In this document: piece after piece, positions 61,466 through 64,000 of the stretch
How the letters are laid out: the number at the start of each line of letters is the position of its first letter
Position numbering within the stretch: position 1 is the first letter of the stretch
IMG/VR virus record: IMGVR_UViG_3300023274_000001
Coordinates: 64,001 to 128,000 of that record
Length of the DNA: 64,000 bases
Reading direction: 5' to 3' (one strand)
Source: an uncultured virus (IMG/VR IMGVR_UViG_3300023274_000001)
Lineage: Duplodnaviria; Heunggongvirae; Uroviricota; Caudoviricetes
Notes under the pieces: generated by a model
What the model was told of the DNA's origin: nothing
Databases searched by the model: none
What the model saw: the letters and a program-made list of their open reading frames with translations, nothing else
Program-made: the position numbers and the translations under genes

Positions 61466-63920
61466 ATGGCAGGCATCCGCATCCTGGAGCGCAACGGCGA
61501 CATCGTCTCTCACTCGTCCGTGTGGGCCGGACCGGAGGAGGTTCCGGTGGTCTTCGTGATCGTGAAGGACGGGGTCACTGCGCTCGCCCACCCGGACTAC
61601 GTCGGCGGCACCATCTACGACATCGAGCAGGGCGACCTGACGATCGAGCAGGCGTGGGATGCGCTGCTGATCAAGACGCCGAAGCTGGTCTACCCGCAGA
61701 GGTGCACCGTGCGCAGGCTGGATGGGACCGGCGGAGGCGCCGAGATCCTGATCGGCAAGCGGGTCGTGCACCGGATCGCGGGGGTGAACGAGTGAGCGCC
61801 TTCGAGAGGCCCAAGGAGATCGGGAAGCGGCCCGAGCCCGGCAAGCTCGACCCGGTGTGGACCTTCCTGCGTACCTCGTACGGGCCGGAGTACAACTTCG
61901 ACCTGTACCGGGCGCACGGTCTCGACAGCTTGTACTTCGTCGACCCGCGCCAGGACCCGCAGCCGTGGGAGCTGAAGGACGGGGCGCTGGACCTGGGTCT
62001 CGACAAGGAGCGCATGACCGAGCTGCGGGACCTGTTCACGTACCTGCTCGACAACTGGGGCAGGCCGTGGGCCCGCGAGTCCCACCCGGAAGAGGAGAAG
62101 TAAGTGGCCAAGCTGATCGAGATCCCCAACGTCACCTGCGGGAACGGCCTGCACATGCAGGCGCCCGCCCCGGAGCCGGTGTTCCACTTCACGCAGAACG
62201 ACGGCTTCCACGGGATCATCTACCTGGACGCCGTGAAGGCGTGGGCGCGGGCCATGCGGGAGGACGGGGTGCCCCTGCGGGAGATGGCCCACGACCTGTA
62301 CGTGCTGCTGCCGGGCAGCCGGGAGCTGATCCGCTGCACGCTGGTCGTGGCGGACGGCGAGAACGGCCCGGAGATGGAAGTCGAGGCTCTGCGGCCGACG
62401 GTCCTGGAGTCCAACACCCTGTTCACCTGCCCCATCTGAGCCGGTCGGCTTCTCGGGGACACGGGCTTCGGTCCGTGCCCCCGGGTGGACTATCGGAAAG
62501 GACAAGAAACGCGATGAAGTACAGGTTCTGGATCTACCGGGACGTGGCTCCCCCGTACGCACTGGCGGGCAACCCGAACGCCCCGAAGCCCAGCGATCCA
62601 CTTCCCGTCGGCCTGGCTCACCCGGGCCGGGAGGTGGAGGGGATCACGCCTGCCGTCGACCAGATCATGGAGGTCTTCGAGCAGCACGGTGTGGACGACG
62701 AGAGCGAGAAGGCCATTATCCGGGGGAAGGCCACGGAGGCACTGCTGCGGGGTTCCTACCGCACGGCTCTGCCCACGCCCGGCCGCTGGCTGCTGGCCGA
62801 GAAGGTCGTTCCGGGCCGCACGCACCCGGTTACCGGAGAGGTGAGCGAATGAGGTACGGACTGACCGTGAACAACGGCCGCGTGATGGCGGCCGACCGGG
62901 CGGAGACCAAGGCAATGATCATCGGCGTGCTGCTGGCCGCCGGGTTCAGTGAGCCGGTTTCCGTACAGGTCAAGGCCGACGAGGTGCTGGACCGGGCCGA
63001 CAAGCTGCCTTCGGACGAGGTGCAAGGCGTGAAGCTGGCCAGCCTCGGCGAGCTGCTGGTCTGGCGGGAGCGCGGCCGGGAGGTTTCGGGCCGCTTCTAC
63101 TACGTGAAGGCCGGGGACATCGGGGCCGCCTTCCGGACCGATGCCGAGGCGCCGCTGGTGTCGCACCTGATGGGCCTCCTGATGGGCAGCGAAGGGATCG
63201 GTCTGGAGCGGGCGGCGGCGCTCTCCGAGGGCGTGGCGCACTGCCTCTCCGAGGGTGGCAGCTACCCGAACCGGGTCATCACCGAGCTGAAGAACGGCTC
63301 GGACCTGCGGGCCTGGTGGGAGGACGAAGCGTGAGCTGGATGATGGCTGTCGGGTCGGGCCATGGCCCCGTGGGGCCCGTCCGGGAGGCGCAGGAGCTGA
63401 GGAACTGCGTGCTGGCCGCCCTACTGGTGGCCGGTGTCGACGAGGAAGACGCCGAGTGGGAGAGTTCGCACGCCCCGGAAGCGGCAGCCGGGGGTGAGGC
63501 CGTCTGGACGTACGCCCTCCCTGACGGAAGGAAGATCGTGGTCTGGAAGGAGAGCGGGACGTGACCCACAACTGGAGCTGGACCATCCGGGTCAAGCAGG
63601 GCGATCCGGGATACCGGGTGCACAGCATCGAGGCCCTGATGGCGGCCGTGGCTGGCGCCCTGATGGCGGAGGGTACCGACTCCCGGATGGCCGACACGTT
63701 CGCGCGGTCGGTCCGGGAGCGGGCGCTGGAACAGTGCGAGCAGCGTCGCATGAACCACTCGACGCCGCCGCTGGAGTACCAGCAGATCCTCACCGTCACG
63801 AAGGCGCTTCACGTCACCTCGGACGACCTCCCGGAGGACTCGGACCGGTACTGCGAGGGCCGGACCGAGTCCGGGAGCCGCTGCCCGAGACACCTCAACC
63901 ACCTCGGGGAGTGCCGATGA
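61466..63920 (+). other. Small hypothetical genes 61466-61795, 61792-62103, 62104-62439, 62514-62852, 62849-63334, 63331-63564, 63561-63920
   Basis: Overlapping start/stop coupling and RBS. Confidence 0.7.
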
Positions 63921-64000
63921 GGTGGGGCGACGACGCCGACGGCGAGCCGGGCCGGGACACGAGCTAGATCAACGTCAGGCCGGGCGTGGCCATCGAGATC

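Noticed and set aside
36500-64000. Long minus-strand ORFs (e.g. 45721-47820, 53693-55891) and alternative-frame plus ORFs
   Set aside because: Shadow ORFs of high-GC coding DNA; no RBS; they overlap well-supported genes

Overview
High-GC actinobacteriophage DNA, probably a large Streptomyces-type siphovirus; the host is inferred from GC content, RBS usage and gene families. 1-5.1 kb (minus): tail chaperone, major tail protein, neck genes and two glycosyltransferases embedded among virion genes. 6-13.1 kb: a plus-strand cassette of small genes, including a nucleotidyltransferase, that splits the virion operon. 13.2-22.2 kb (minus): Ig/PKD virion protein, major capsid, decoration protein, protease/scaffold, portal and a terminase large subunit carrying a class 3 intein. 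22-33.6 kb: accessory genes (probable TerS, methyltransferases, HicB-like, PnuC-like, protealysin-type M4 protease, ThyX, three DUF4873-like paralogs). 33.6-36.3 kb: a long non-coding block that is repeat-rich first and then about 1 kb of densely base-paired sequence, a candidate large ncRNA. 36.3-64 kb: a co-oriented early-type array of about 60 small genes whose spacers carry conserved stem-loop families and one complete type II hammerhead ribozyme. The most striking signals are the RNA layer (large structured RNA, ribozyme, covarying intergenic motifs, a putative anti-Shine-Dalgarno sRNA) and a likely virion O-glycosylation system whose predicted substrates all end in Ser. All family assignments were made by eye from motifs and synteny; no database search was run.
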